Assembly: GCA_964588165.1 (NCBI GenBank)
Contig: CAZPMS010000001.1
Coordinates: 164,722-228,721, forward strand
DNA from: an uncultured Gammaproteobacteria bacterium
GTDB taxonomy: Bacteria > Patescibacteriota > Patescibacteriia > UBA1558 > UBA10009
Length of the DNA stretch: 64,000 nt
Reading direction: 5' to 3'
Shown: positions 19,647 through 29,429 of the stretch, piece after piece
Layout of the letters: every line of letters begins with the position of its first letter
Position numbering within the stretch: position 1 is the stretch's first letter
Program-made: the position numbers and the translations under genes
Notes under the pieces: model-generated
Seen by the model: only the letters and a program-made list of their open reading frames with translations
Databases searched by the model: none
Told to the model about the DNA's origin: nothing

Positions 19647-19943
19647 ATGTTAGAAACATCAAAAGACCTTTTATACATCGTAATAGCTTTTTGTGTTTTA
19701 TGGTTTACTATTTTCATCTGCTGGATGATTTATTATGTGGCCATGATTTTAAAACGAGTCCATATTGTTATGGAAACTTTTACCAAAACTCTGGAAGCAG
19801 TTAGAGGTTTTTTTAACCACGCCAAAGATAAAGTAAACAATATAGGTTCTACCATTACCACAGCTGTAGAAGTTGGCAAAAAAGTAGCTGATTATGTGGG
19901 TGAAAAAAAATCTACCAAAACCACACGCAAAAAGAAAAAATAA
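19647..19943 (+). CDS. Hypothetical small membrane protein (likely start at the internal Met of ORF 19566..19943)
   Basis: MLETSKDLLYIVIAFCVLWFTIFICW... one or two TM segments, basic C-terminal tail; hairpin plus T-run terminator at about 19960-19995. Confidence 0.35.
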   Translation: MLETSKDLLYIVIAFCVLWFTIFICWMIYYVAMILKRVHIVMETFTKTLEAVRGFFNHAKDKVNNIGSTITTAVEVGKKVADYVGEKKSTKTTRKKKK

Positions 19944-19994
19944 ATATTTTTTTAAAAAAAATAAACTCCATCTTTTTAGACGGAGTTTTTTGAT

Positions 19995-20285
19995 TTAGCT
20001 GACTTGTTCACACAAATCATGGACTCTGAAACCATTTTCGCTGAGTATTCGATGTTGCCTATCGGTTAAACAAATTGGCACACAGGGTTTTTGGTTATCC
20101 AGGTAGCACTGATTGAATCTTCTTCCAAAAACCCGAAAATATCCATAACCGTCTAGCTTCTGCCTAATTTCCATTATAAGTAATGAAGAATCTGTTATAC
20201 CATTTGTACTGGATACTAAATAAAGATGTGTATGTAAAACATCACTGGAATTTCTTGCCGCTATAGGCCCCCTCCTCCTACCCAT
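19995..20285 (-). CDS. Hypothetical protein in a GC-richer segment upstream of dnaE
   Basis: 96-aa ORF with an AAGGGGG Shine-Dalgarno 4-5 nt before the ATG; local GC is clearly above genome background. Confidence 0.35.
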   Translation of the reverse strand: MGRRRGPIAARNSSDVLHTHLYLVSSTNGITDSSLLIMEIRQKLDGYGYFRVFGRRFNQCYLDNQKPCVPICLTDRQHRILSENGFRVHDLCEQVS

Positions 20286-20501
20286 AAATCCCCCTTTTTA
20301 TGGTTGAAAAAAAGACTTAACTTTTTAAATTACAATTTTAAAACCTTAAAACAAATTTATAAATTAGTCAATAATCCTAACCTTGCCAAAAACCCTAATT
20401 TCAGGCAAAATACCCGTGAAGTATAACTCCCCTTCGGCATGCTCAGGGTCGTTAACTTCAGGGTATTCAAATAATCCATCAACCTATCAGTCAAATAACA
20501 A

Positions 20502-23500
20502 ATGTTCATTCATCTACATACTCATAGCCATTATTCTTTACTTGATGGCCTTTCTAAAATTCCGGAACTGGTGGCCAAGGCTAAAGAATTTAAAATGCCT
20601 GCTTTGGCTTTAACAGACCATGGCTCTATGTACGGCTCAATTGAATTTTACCAGGAGTGTAAAAAACAGGGTGTAAAGCCAATTATCGGCGTAGAAGTTT
20701 ATTTAGCCCAAACCAGCAGGTTTGATAAGCAGGGAAAAATAGATAGCGAACCTTACCACTTGGTACTTTTGGCTAAAAATAAAACCGGTTACCAAAACCT
20801 TCTTAAACTTATAACTCTTGCCCATCTAGAAGGTTTTTATTATAAGCCCAGAGTAGATTGGGAGCTTTTAGAAAAATATAACGAGGGCTTGATTGCCTTA
20901 ACTGCTTGCCTGCAAGGCGAAGTGCCGCGGACAATTTTGGCAGGCGATATAAATAAGGCTAAAGAGCTGGCAAAAAAATATAAAAAAACCTTTGGCCAAG
21001 AAAATTTTTATTTAGAACTCCAGCACAATCCAAACATTCCTAAGCAAGAAATTATTAACAACCAATTAATAAAATTCTCCGAAGAGCTAAATATCCCACT
21101 TGTAGCTACTAATGACGCCCACTATTTAAATCCGGAAGATGCCGAAGCCCAAGATATCCTACTGTGCATCCAAACAAAAAAGAAACAATCGGATACAGAA
21201 AGAATGACCATGATGGGAGAAGATTTTTCTTTTTCCTCTCCAGAAAAAATGAAGGCCGCCTTTTCTCATTTGCCATCTGCTCTGGAAAATACCCAAAAAA
21301 TTGCTGACCTATGCAATTTAGAAATTGAACTGGATAAAGTACTGCTACCTCACTTCCAAGTCCCAGCAGGCGAAACGCCCGATAGCCATCTAAAAAAGCT
21401 TTGCCAAAAAGGCTTAGAAAAAAGATTCAAAAATAAAATAACTCCACAAATCCAAAAAAGGCTGGATTATGAACTTTCGGTAATTGCCAAAACCGGTTTT
21501 GCCTCATATTTTTTAATTGTCCAGGATTTTGTTAACTGGTCCAAACAAAACGGAATCGTGGTAGGGCCCGGCCGTGGCAGTGCTGCCGGCAGCTTGGTTT
21601 CTTATCTTTCTAATATAACTAATATTGATCCTTTAAAATTTGAGCTTATTTTTGAAAGATTTTTAAACCCCGATCGTGTATCTATGCCTGATATAGATCT
21701 GGATTTTGCCGATATCAGGCGAGATGAAGTTATTGACTATGTATCTGAAAAATACGGCCAAAACCAAGTAGCCCAGATTATTACTTTTGGAACCATGGCC
21801 GCCCGTGCTGCCATTAGGGATGTGGGGCGGGTATTGGGCCTTTCTTACTCTTATTGCGATAGAATTGCCAAAATGATACCAATGTTTATGAGTTTGGATG
21901 ATTCTTTAAAAAAAGTTCCTGAGCTTAAAGAAGTTTATGCCGAAGATCCCGAAGCCAAAAATTTAATAGACTTTGCCAAAAAATTGGAAGGCGTAGCCAG
22001 GCATTCTTCTACCCATGCCTGCGGCGTTTTAATAACTCCAGATAGCCTGGATAACCACGTACCTGTCCAGCATGCCTCTACTGATGACCAAAATATGGTT
22101 TCTCAATATTCACTCCACCCCATTGAATCTTTAGGGCTTTTAAAAATGGATTTTTTGGGCCTTAAAAATTTAACCATTGTAGAAACGGCTCTAGAAGTTA
22201 TATCTAAAACAACCGGCGATAAAATTGATATAGATAATATCCCGCTTGATAACCAAAAAGCTTTCCAGCTTCTTAAAAAAGGCCAAACCATTGGAGTCTT
22301 CCAGTTGGAATCCTCTGGCATGAAACGTTATTTGATCCAGCTGGAACCCAGCAATATTGAAGATATTATTGTGATGATTTCCTTATATAGGCCCGGGCCT
22401 ATGGAGCTTATTCCGGATTATATTTCCGGTAAAAAGGGGCTTCGCAATATTACTTATCTTCACCCTAAACTAAAACCGATTTTAGAAAAAACTTTTGGCA
22501 TTGCTGTTTACCAAGAACAAATAATGGAAATCGCCCGCGAGCTGGCCGGTTTTTCTTATTCTGATGCCGATGTTTTAAGAAAAGCCGTTGGTAAAAAAAT
22601 AAAATCCCTACTGATTAAACAAGAAGAAAAAATGGTTCAGGGCATGATAAAAAATGGAGTTAACGAAAGGGTGGCTAAAAAAATCTGGGAATATATTCTG
22701 CCTTTTGCCCGTTACGGTTTTAACAGGGCTCATGCCGCCTCTTATGCCATGATTTCTTACCAAACGGCTTATTTAAAAGCTAACTACCCTACCCAATTTA
22801 TGGCAGCTCTCTTAACGGCCGACCGGGAAAATACCGAAAGGGTAGCTTTAGAAATTGCCGAATGTGAAAAAATGGGCATCCAGGTATTGCCACCGGATAT
22901 AAACGAAAGTTATACAATTTTTACCATGGTTGTTTCGGATGAAACTAAAGATAGTCCAAGGATCCGCTTTGGCCTGCAGGCCATTAAAAATGTTGGTAAA
23001 AATATAACCAAAGTTATCATCCATGAAAGAAAAGAAAATGGGCCATACAAAAATTTGGAGGATTTTTTATTAAGGATCCAAGATAAAGATTTGAATAAAA
23101 AATCTTTAGAGAGCCTGATAAAATCCGGATCTTTAGATAAATTCGGTTCCAGGAACCAGATGCTCCATAATATAGACAAGCTTTTAAAATTTTCCAAAAA
23201 AGAAAACGGCAACAAAAACCAACCAAATCTTTTTGACGCCTCTGGAATAAAAACCAAGCCAACGCTAAAACTGGATGAAATTAATGAGGATGAAAAACAA
23301 GACAGACTGGCATGGGAGAAAAAACTTTTAGGAGTTTATATTTCCGCCCATCCCATGAAAGAAATTTCTAATTTTTTACCGACTGATGTAACTAAAATCG
23401 CCAAACTTGATAATATTCCAAACGGCAAACGGATAAAAATAGCCGGTGTTATAAATAATATACATAAAGTAATTACCAGAAACGGCAAGCCCATGATGTT

Positions 23501-23894
23501 CGTTACCCTAGAAGATGAAACAGGCAATGTAGAAACTTTGGTTTTTCCAAATATCTTAGAGCAAACTCGCGACTTATGGGAGGAAGATAAAATAATTATT
23601 GTTGAGGGTAAAATGTCTGATAAAGACGGCACGCCAAAAGTAATTTGTGATATTGTTAAAAATCTTGATCCTTCAAAAAAACAGCTTCAAAAATTAATTA
23701 TTTCGATAGCAGAAGAAAAAAAACATATCGTGCCAAAGCTTAAAGACATTTTTGCCAAATATGCCGGGTCCAGTTCTATTTATTTAAACATTAGCGGCCA
23801 AAAAATAAAGTTAACTCAAAAAGTTTCTATTTATCAAAAACTTGTTGATGAGCTAACAGGGCTTATTGGTGAAGAAAATATTAAAGTTGAATAA
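20502..23894 (+). CDS. dnaE: DNA polymerase III alpha subunit
   Basis: PHP-domain N-terminus FIHLHTHSHYSLLDG, 1130 aa, polymerase core motifs (PDIDLDF, GLLKMDFLGL), OB fold near the C-terminus. Confidence 0.95.
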   Translation: MFIHLHTHSHYSLLDGLSKIPELVAKAKEFKMPALALTDHGSMYGSIEFYQECKKQGVKPIIGVEVYLAQTSRFDKQGKIDSEPYHLVLLAKNKTGYQNLLKLITLAHLEGFYYKPRVDWELLEKYNEGLIALTACLQGEVPRTILAGDINKAKELAKKYKKTFGQENFYLELQHNPNIPKQEIINNQLIKFSEELNIPLVATNDAHYLNPEDAEAQDILLCIQTKKKQSDTERMTMMGEDFSFSSPEKMKAAFSHLPSALENTQKIADLCNLEIELDKVLLPHFQVPAGETPDSHLKKLCQKGLEKRFKNKITPQIQKRLDYELSVIAKTGFASYFLIVQDFVNWSKQNGIVVGPGRGSAAGSLVSYLSNITNIDPLKFELIFERFLNPDRVSMPDIDLDFADIRRDEVIDYVSEKYGQNQVAQIITFGTMAARAAIRDVGRVLGLSYSYCDRIAKMIPMFMSLDDSLKKVPELKEVYAEDPEAKNLIDFAKKLEGVARHSSTHACGVLITPDSLDNHVPVQHASTDDQNMVSQYSLHPIESLGLLKMDFLGLKNLTIVETALEVISKTTGDKIDIDNIPLDNQKAFQLLKKGQTIGVFQLESSGMKRYLIQLEPSNIEDIIVMISLYRPGPMELIPDYISGKKGLRNITYLHPKLKPILEKTFGIAVYQEQIMEIARELAGFSYSDADVLRKAVGKKIKSLLIKQEEKMVQGMIKNGVNERVAKKIWEYILPFARYGFNRAHAASYAMISYQTAYLKANYPTQFMAALLTADRENTERVALEIAECEKMGIQVLPPDINESYTIFTMVVSDETKDSPRIRFGLQAIKNVGKNITKVIIHERKENGPYKNLEDFLLRIQDKDLNKKSLESLIKSGSLDKFGSRNQMLHNIDKLLKFSKKENGNKNQPNLFDASGIKTKPTLKLDEINEDEKQDRLAWEKKLLGVYISAHPMKEISNFLPTDVTKIAKLDNIPNGKRIKIAGVINNIHKVITRNGKPMMFVTLEDETGNVETLVFPNILEQTRDLWEEDKIIIVEGKMSDKDGTPKVICDIVKNLDPSKKQLQKLIISIAEEKKHIVPKLKDIFAKYAGSSSIYLNISGQKIKLTQKVSIYQKLVDELTGLIGEENIKVE

Positions 23895-23897
23895 TTT

Positions 23898-24326
23898 ATG
23901 AATTCTAAAAAATATAATTGGGTTGTTGCAATTGTCTACTTAGATGAAAACCCAAAAATGTTTGCTGTTTCTCAAAATAAACGTGGATATTCTTTACCAG
24001 GCGGCAGTATTGAAAATGAAGAATCATTAGAAACTGCAATCTGTCGGGAAATAGAAGAAGAATTAGGTTTATTACCGGAAAATATTCAACTTACAAAAAC
24101 TGATCTAGAAGAAACATTTGTTTATGATTCAAAAAAAATTGGCAGAGAAAATAAACAAACAGTTAGAAAAATATTTTTGGCAAAATCAAATAAAAAAGAA
24201 TTAAAACCAAATGATAAAGAGGTATTAAAATCTGATTGGTATAATTTTGATGAAGCTATCAGTATTTTAACCTGGCCAAATGCCAAAGAAACCTTAAAAG
24301 AAGCTTCAAAATTAATCATAAATTAA
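23898..24326 (+). CDS. NUDIX hydrolase
   Basis: Nudix box GGSIENEESLETAICREIEEELGL (G-x5-E-x7-REUxEExGU). Confidence 0.8.
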   Translation: MNSKKYNWVVAIVYLDENPKMFAVSQNKRGYSLPGGSIENEESLETAICREIEEELGLLPENIQLTKTDLEETFVYDSKKIGRENKQTVRKIFLAKSNKKELKPNDKEVLKSDWYNFDEAISILTWPNAKETLKEASKLIIN

Positions 24327-24409
24327 TATTACCCTACTAGCTACTTACCTACCTGCTACTAGCTAATTAACATAGACACAACTCAACTAATTTTATATAC
24401 TTCAAACAT

Positions 24410-25555
24410 ATGATGAATGAACCCCTAAAACCGGTTTCTAAAATAAAATCCAGCTATCAAAATCTGATTGTTGTTTTTATAATATTGGCCATTATTTTAA
24501 TTGGCGTGATTCTTTATTTCGCCCTTTCTCAGGCAACTGTAAATATTACTCCTTTTTACAACCAGCAAAGGGTCGGTTTTGCCATCCAAATTGTTGATAA
24601 AAATAATTTATCTCCCAATGAAAATTTTGTAGAAAAATTACCGGGTGAAATTTTAGAGATAGCCATAGAAGACAGCCAAACTTTTAAAGCTACAATTTAT
24701 GAAGAAACACAGAGCAAGGCTTCCGGTTTGGTAACAATTTATAATACCCATAATAGCAATCAAAAATTAGTAGCTACCACTAGGCTACTCACCGCCGATG
24801 GTAAACTTTATAGAATTACTGATTTTGTAGAAGTACCAGCCGGTGGACAAGTAACAGTGCTGGCTGTGGCTGATCAAGAAGGCGGCAAATTTGAAATCGG
24901 TTCGGCCAAGCTAACAATCCCCGGCTTATGGGAACCCCTCCAAGAAAAAATTTACGCCCAAACCAAAGGCTTTAAAATCCAGAGTATTACTAAATACAAA
25001 ATTGACCAGCCAGTTATAGATAACGCCCGCCTAGAGCTGACTAAAAAAATTAGTGAAGCTGCCATTGTTGAGCTATCTGAACTATTGCCGCCCGGCCAAA
25101 AAATTTCGGAACAGGCTTTAGTTTTTGAAACCATTAAATACTCAACTGATGCCGAGCTTGATTCAACAGCTAAAGAGTTTAATATGACATTAGGCTTAGG
25201 TGTAAAAGCTGTTATTTTTGACGAGGCAGAGCTTAAAAAAATCGCCTCCTCTAATCTTCCAGAAATTTTTATAACCAACAACGCCTTGGTTAATGTTGAT
25301 CCTGAAAGTTTTATTTATGAAATAATTTTACTTGATGAAAATTCCGAAAATCTTATTGCCCAAATAAAAGGCGATTACGTAATTGAAATTTCTAATGTAA
25401 AGATTGATCCTTCGGAACTTACCGGCCTTTCTAAAACTGAAGCTAAAAAATATTTAGAAAATTTAAGCGATGTTAAAGAGGCTTCTATTTCTTTACCTTT
25501 TTGGACAAAATTTTTACCGCCACTTACAGATAAAATTAACATTGAAATTAAGTAA
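24410..25555 (+). CDS. Hypothetical membrane-anchored extracytoplasmic protein
   Basis: 381 aa, single N-terminal TM (LIVVFIILAIILIGVILYFAL), no recognised motif. Confidence 0.4.
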   Translation: MMNEPLKPVSKIKSSYQNLIVVFIILAIILIGVILYFALSQATVNITPFYNQQRVGFAIQIVDKNNLSPNENFVEKLPGEILEIAIEDSQTFKATIYEETQSKASGLVTIYNTHNSNQKLVATTRLLTADGKLYRITDFVEVPAGGQVTVLAVADQEGGKFEIGSAKLTIPGLWEPLQEKIYAQTKGFKIQSITKYKIDQPVIDNARLELTKKISEAAIVELSELLPPGQKISEQALVFETIKYSTDAELDSTAKEFNMTLGLGVKAVIFDEAELKKIASSNLPEIFITNNALVNVDPESFIYEIILLDENSENLIAQIKGDYVIEISNVKIDPSELTGLSKTEAKKYLENLSDVKEASISLPFWTKFLPPLTDKINIEIK

Positions 25556-25678
25556 TAATAATTAAAAACTGATGATTAATAAATCGTCAGTTTTTTTATA
25601 AAAGAAAAAAGGTGCCCTAGTTATAAAAACTTGAACACCTTGGATTGTTACTTTCTAACTCAAAGAACTAAACGGAAA

Positions 25679-26317
25679 CTACTCTGGATGAGAAAAAACA
25701 GCTTCATAACTGTCTAATCCAGACCAATTATCATCTTCTATACTAACAGCGCTCAAACACCAGCCACCCTGCTCAAAAAACAATATTACCCAAAATTTGG
25801 ATTCTTCAAGGGTGATCAAAAATTTATTCTGTAATCCGTCAACCAACAATATTCCTGATTCCCCTTCTGGCTGTTGTTCCATTAAAAAATAAATCTCTGA
25901 TAGTGACACTCTTGCAATATCCTCACCGCCCAAATCTTCAACAACGGATATTCCAAGCATGTGACCTAGAGACTTAGAACAATGAATAGTTGAAGCCTCG
26001 CAAGCTTCTTCAGGGTAAGAACTTAATAAACTCATAAAGCTACCATTAACACGGTTGATACTCACCCCAGATTCGGGATGAACACCGGGCACAAACCAAT
26101 CCTGAGGTTTAAACATTCCATCACGCTTTGGAATATCTGTAAACTCAACAAACCTGAGGTTGAAAGGATTTTCCTTGCGCAAAAATTTACCCAAGTCTTT
26201 AAACCACCTCTTGGCATTCTTGCCACGAAGCTTTTCAACCAGGTCATACAATGTACCCAAATATTCTTTGGGTAATGGCACGAGCAGGCGAACAACAGAA
26301 CCGAGCATGTCTTTCAT
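25679..26317 (-). CDS. Hypothetical protein in a GC-richer islet
   Basis: 212 aa; AAGGAA RBS; codon usage and GC differ from neighbours. Confidence 0.4.
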   Translation of the reverse strand: MKDMLGSVVRLLVPLPKEYLGTLYDLVEKLRGKNAKRWFKDLGKFLRKENPFNLRFVEFTDIPKRDGMFKPQDWFVPGVHPESGVSINRVNGSFMSLLSSYPEEACEASTIHCSKSLGHMLGISVVEDLGGEDIARVSLSEIYFLMEQQPEGESGILLVDGLQNKFLITLEESKFWVILFFEQGGWCLSAVSIEDDNWSGLDSYEAVFSHPE

Positions 26318-26406
26318 GGTCAGTTTCCTTCGTTACTTTTTTTACCGTCTTTTTGGCAGACGATCAGCCTTTGTAAATGAGCTACTTTATGTAATAAACT
26401 AGTATA

Positions 26407-26694
26407 TCATTTTATTAAATTCTCGTCAATATTATAGTTTTTATAAAAAACACCCATACCATGAAAATTCATGATACGGGTTTTTGATTCCTCCGGTATT
26501 TGTTGTAATTGTTTTGGTGAAGATACCGGCGATAGCTCTTGTTCGAGCTCATGGGAAGATGGGACATTCAAAGCAACACAAAGTGCAATGACAATCACCG
26601 AAATAATTATTATAATGCCAGTATACTTTGCAGCCCGATCCCAACGCCTTGGATCATCCTTTGGCCTATCTAAGGCCCATGAATTTCTATTCAT
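26407..26694 (-). CDS. Hypothetical small membrane protein in a GC-richer islet
   Basis: 95 aa, one TM (GIIIIISVIVIALCVAL); GGAGG Shine-Dalgarno 6 nt upstream of the ATG. Confidence 0.4.
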   Translation of the reverse strand: MNRNSWALDRPKDDPRRWDRAAKYTGIIIIISVIVIALCVALNVPSSHELEQELSPVSSPKQLQQIPEESKTRIMNFHGMGVFYKNYNIDENLIK

Positions 26695-26768
26695 AACAAC
26701 CTCCGGTTAAAAAATTCTATTTCGCGAGTTTTTTAGAATACCATATCTTAAAATCTTTGTCAATATTA

Positions 26769-27165
26769 TTGCTTTTCATTCAAAAATAATCTATAATTAT
26801 ACTTACCTAAATGATTGAGTAGTTTACCAACCTGCGTCCCGATGTTCGCTAACAGCGAAATCGGGTCCGAGGACTCCGATGAGTCTCGGACTCCATCGGA
26901 GATCCCGACTTTACATCGGGACTAAGTTTAGGTGACAATTTAAATAAGAGGGTTGATATTTTATCAAAAAATCTTTTAATCAACTAATCTTCCTATCTTT
27001 GATTTTTCAATGGAAGACTAAATGACTAAAAGATTAAATGATTATATTAAGAATTAGTATGATAATTATCAATCAAGTCAGGTGGAACCGCGGAAAGTTT
27101 ATACTTAAACCTTTCGTCCTGAGAATATCAAAATTGGTATTTTAAGGATGAGGGGTTTTTAAATT
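26769..27165 (+). promoter_or_regulatory. T-box riboswitch leader of thrS. Components: a TTGCTT-17-TATAAT promoter at 26769-26797, a GC-rich multi-hairpin Stem I candidate at 26836-26922, the T-box sequence at 27078-27093, and a terminator hairpin plus U5 at 27110-27160.
   Basis: Seen directly: ucAGGUGGAACCGCGG fits the conserved T-box motif AGGGUGGNACCGCGG. The downstream CCUUUCGUCCU...AGGAUGAGGGG helix (GU wobbles allowed) followed by UUUUU is an alternative terminator. The roughly 430-nt leader directly precedes thrS, a classic T-box-regulated gene. Confidence 0.55.
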
Positions 27166-27234
27166 GATTATTAATGAATGATGACTGATGATTAGCAATT
27201 AATCATTGATCATCAATTATTAATTTTTAACATT

Positions 27235-29043
27235 ATGAAAAATAATACACAAATAGAAAATCAAGCTCAGCTAGAAAAAGTCAGGCACTCCATATCTCAT
27301 TTAATGAGCATGGCGATAATTGAACTTTATCCTAAAACCGGCCTTGGCGTCGGACCTTTTATTGAAAATGGTTTTTATCAAGACTATGATTTGTCTGAAC
27401 CAATTTCTGAAGAAATCCTGCCCAAGCTGGAAAAAAGAATCAAAGAGTTAATTAAACAAGATATTAAATTTGAACAGCATGCCATGGATTTTAAAGAAGC
27501 CTTAAAAGAATATAAACATGATCCGTATAAAACTGAGATGATTGAAAATTTAAAAAAAGACGGAGAAAAAAACGTAAGTTTTTATAAATCCGATTGGTTT
27601 GAAAATTTATGCAAAGGCCCCCACGTAAAATCTACCAAAGAAATTGACCCCAGGGCTTTTAAACTTACCTCCATTGCAGGAGCTTATTGGCGTGGTGATG
27701 AAAAAAATAAAATGCTTACCCGAATTTACGGTGTTGCCTTTGAATCAAAAAATAAACTTAATGACTATTTAAAAATGGTAGAAGAAGCCAAAAAACGCGA
27801 CCACCGGAAAATCGGCAAAGATCTGGATTTATTCACTTTTTCCGAAACTGTAGGTAAAGGCTTGCCACTCTGGACCGAAAAAGGCGCCGTTATAAAACGC
27901 GAACTGGAAAATTTTATAATAAACGAAGAATTAAAACGCGGCTATAAACATGTAGTAACTCCAGATATGGCCAGGGTGGCTCTTTATAAAAAATCAGGCC
28001 ACTATCCTTACTATAAAGATTCCATGTATCCGCCAATTAAACTGGATGAAGAAGAATTCATGCTAAGGCCCATGGCTTGTCCTCACCATTTTGAGCTTTA
28101 TTTAAGCAAACCCCGCAGTTACCGCGATCTGCCACTTAGAATCGCCGAGTTGGCTAAGCTATACCGTTACGAAAAATCTGGTGAACTGACCGGCCTAATG
28201 AGAGTAAGAAATTTCTGTTTGGCTGATTCGCATATAATTTGCGCAGATAGCAAACAGGCCAAAGACGAAATAAATAATGTTTTAAATTTAATAGAATATG
28301 TGGCCGGAGTTTTTGGACTAAAATCAGGCAAAGATTATTCTTACAGATTTTCTTTAGGTGATAGAAAAAATGATAAAAAATATTACAAAGATAATAAAGC
28401 TTGGGATAGCGCCGAAAAAAACCTTAAAGCTGTTTTAGATAAAAGAAAAAGTAAATATGTAATAGCTCCAGATGAAGCGGCCTTTTACGGCCCTAAGGTT
28501 GATATCCAGATGAAAAACGTCATGGGCAAGGAAGACACCGCCTTTACTGTACAGTACGATTTTGTAATGCCAAAAAGATTCAACCTAACCTATACCAATA
28601 AAAAGGGAGATAATCAGGAGGCTATTGTTATCCACCGCTCTTCTATTGGCGCCATAGAAAGAAGCGTAGCCTTTTTAATTGAACATTTTGCCGGCAACTT
28701 CCCGTTATGGCTCTGCCCTATCCAAGTTAAAATAATTTCGGTTGGCTCGGACCATAAAAAGTTCTGCCAGAAATTAGCTAATAAATTAATAGCAGAAGGC
28801 TTGCGCGTAGAAACTGACTTGATAAATGAAACTGTTGGTAAAAAAATCAGAAATGCTTCTAAAGAAAAAATTCCTTACACCTTGGTAATTGGTGATAAAG
28901 AACTAAAATCCCTGCCTGCTGGCAGGCAAGGTGATAAGTTGGCTGTAAGAGTTAGGGGCGAAGAAAAACTATTGGAAATTGATTATGCTAAATTCGTTAA
29001 GAAGCTAAAGAAACTGATATCTGAAAAATCTCTTGGATTATGA
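27235..29043 (+). CDS. thrS: Threonyl-tRNA synthetase
   Basis: Class II aaRS motifs (FRNFCLADSH, HRSSIGAIER), anticodon-binding C-terminus; 602 aa, so a short form lacking part of the N-terminal extension. Confidence 0.95.
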   Translation: MKNNTQIENQAQLEKVRHSISHLMSMAIIELYPKTGLGVGPFIENGFYQDYDLSEPISEEILPKLEKRIKELIKQDIKFEQHAMDFKEALKEYKHDPYKTEMIENLKKDGEKNVSFYKSDWFENLCKGPHVKSTKEIDPRAFKLTSIAGAYWRGDEKNKMLTRIYGVAFESKNKLNDYLKMVEEAKKRDHRKIGKDLDLFTFSETVGKGLPLWTEKGAVIKRELENFIINEELKRGYKHVVTPDMARVALYKKSGHYPYYKDSMYPPIKLDEEEFMLRPMACPHHFELYLSKPRSYRDLPLRIAELAKLYRYEKSGELTGLMRVRNFCLADSHIICADSKQAKDEINNVLNLIEYVAGVFGLKSGKDYSYRFSLGDRKNDKKYYKDNKAWDSAEKNLKAVLDKRKSKYVIAPDEAAFYGPKVDIQMKNVMGKEDTAFTVQYDFVMPKRFNLTYTNKKGDNQEAIVIHRSSIGAIERSVAFLIEHFAGNFPLWLCPIQVKIISVGSDHKKFCQKLANKLIAEGLRVETDLINETVGKKIRNASKEKIPYTLVIGDKELKSLPAGRQGDKLAVRVRGEEKLLEIDYAKFVKKLKKLISEKSLGL

Positions 29044-29375
29044 CCAAACAACTTAAATATTATATCTGGGCGCTGGGTTGCGCCATGAATAAAGCAGATG
29101 GCGAACGTATCGCCACTGTTTTAGATTCTGCAGATTACATTCAGGTTGATTCTGAAAACAAAGCTGATTTTATTATGGTAGTAGCTTGCTCTGTTAGGCA
29201 ATCAGGAATTGATAGAATCTTGGGTAAATTTAATGTATGGAAAAAGAAAGGCATTAAAACAATAATAACCGGTTGCGTTTTAGATTTAGATAGGCCTAAA
29301 ATGGAAAAACTATTTGATTTGGTTTTTGATATTAAAGATTTAGAAAAACTACCAAATTTGATTAAAAATTTATAA
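29040..29375 (+). CDS. miaB: MiaB-like methylthiotransferase, N-terminal MTTase domain fragment (split gene or pseudogene)
   Basis: YYIWALGCAMNKADGE matches the MTTase N-domain (ETLGCQMN-type). Ends at a TAA that is in frame with the following radical-SAM ORF. Confidence 0.6.
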   Translation: MTKQLKYYIWALGCAMNKADGERIATVLDSADYIQVDSENKADFIMVVACSVRQSGIDRILGKFNVWKKKGIKTIITGCVLDLDRPKMEKLFDLVFDIKDLEKLPNLIKNL

Positions 29376-29429
29376 TATCTGCGAAATATCCGCGGGTCAT
29401 CCGCGGGTCATCCGCGGGTCATCCGCGAT

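Noticed and set aside
26836-26922. Possible hammerhead-type ribozyme (ccGAUGAGuc core)
   Set aside because: The CUGANGA box is imperfect (C instead of U4) and no GAAA strand follows stem II. The element is better explained as Stem I of the thrS T-box leader.
29386-29427. GC-rich 11-mer tandem repeat as a stand-alone regulatory element
   Set aside because: It is only 3.6 units and lies within the in-frame linker of split miaB. It is treated as part of that finding rather than as a separate element.
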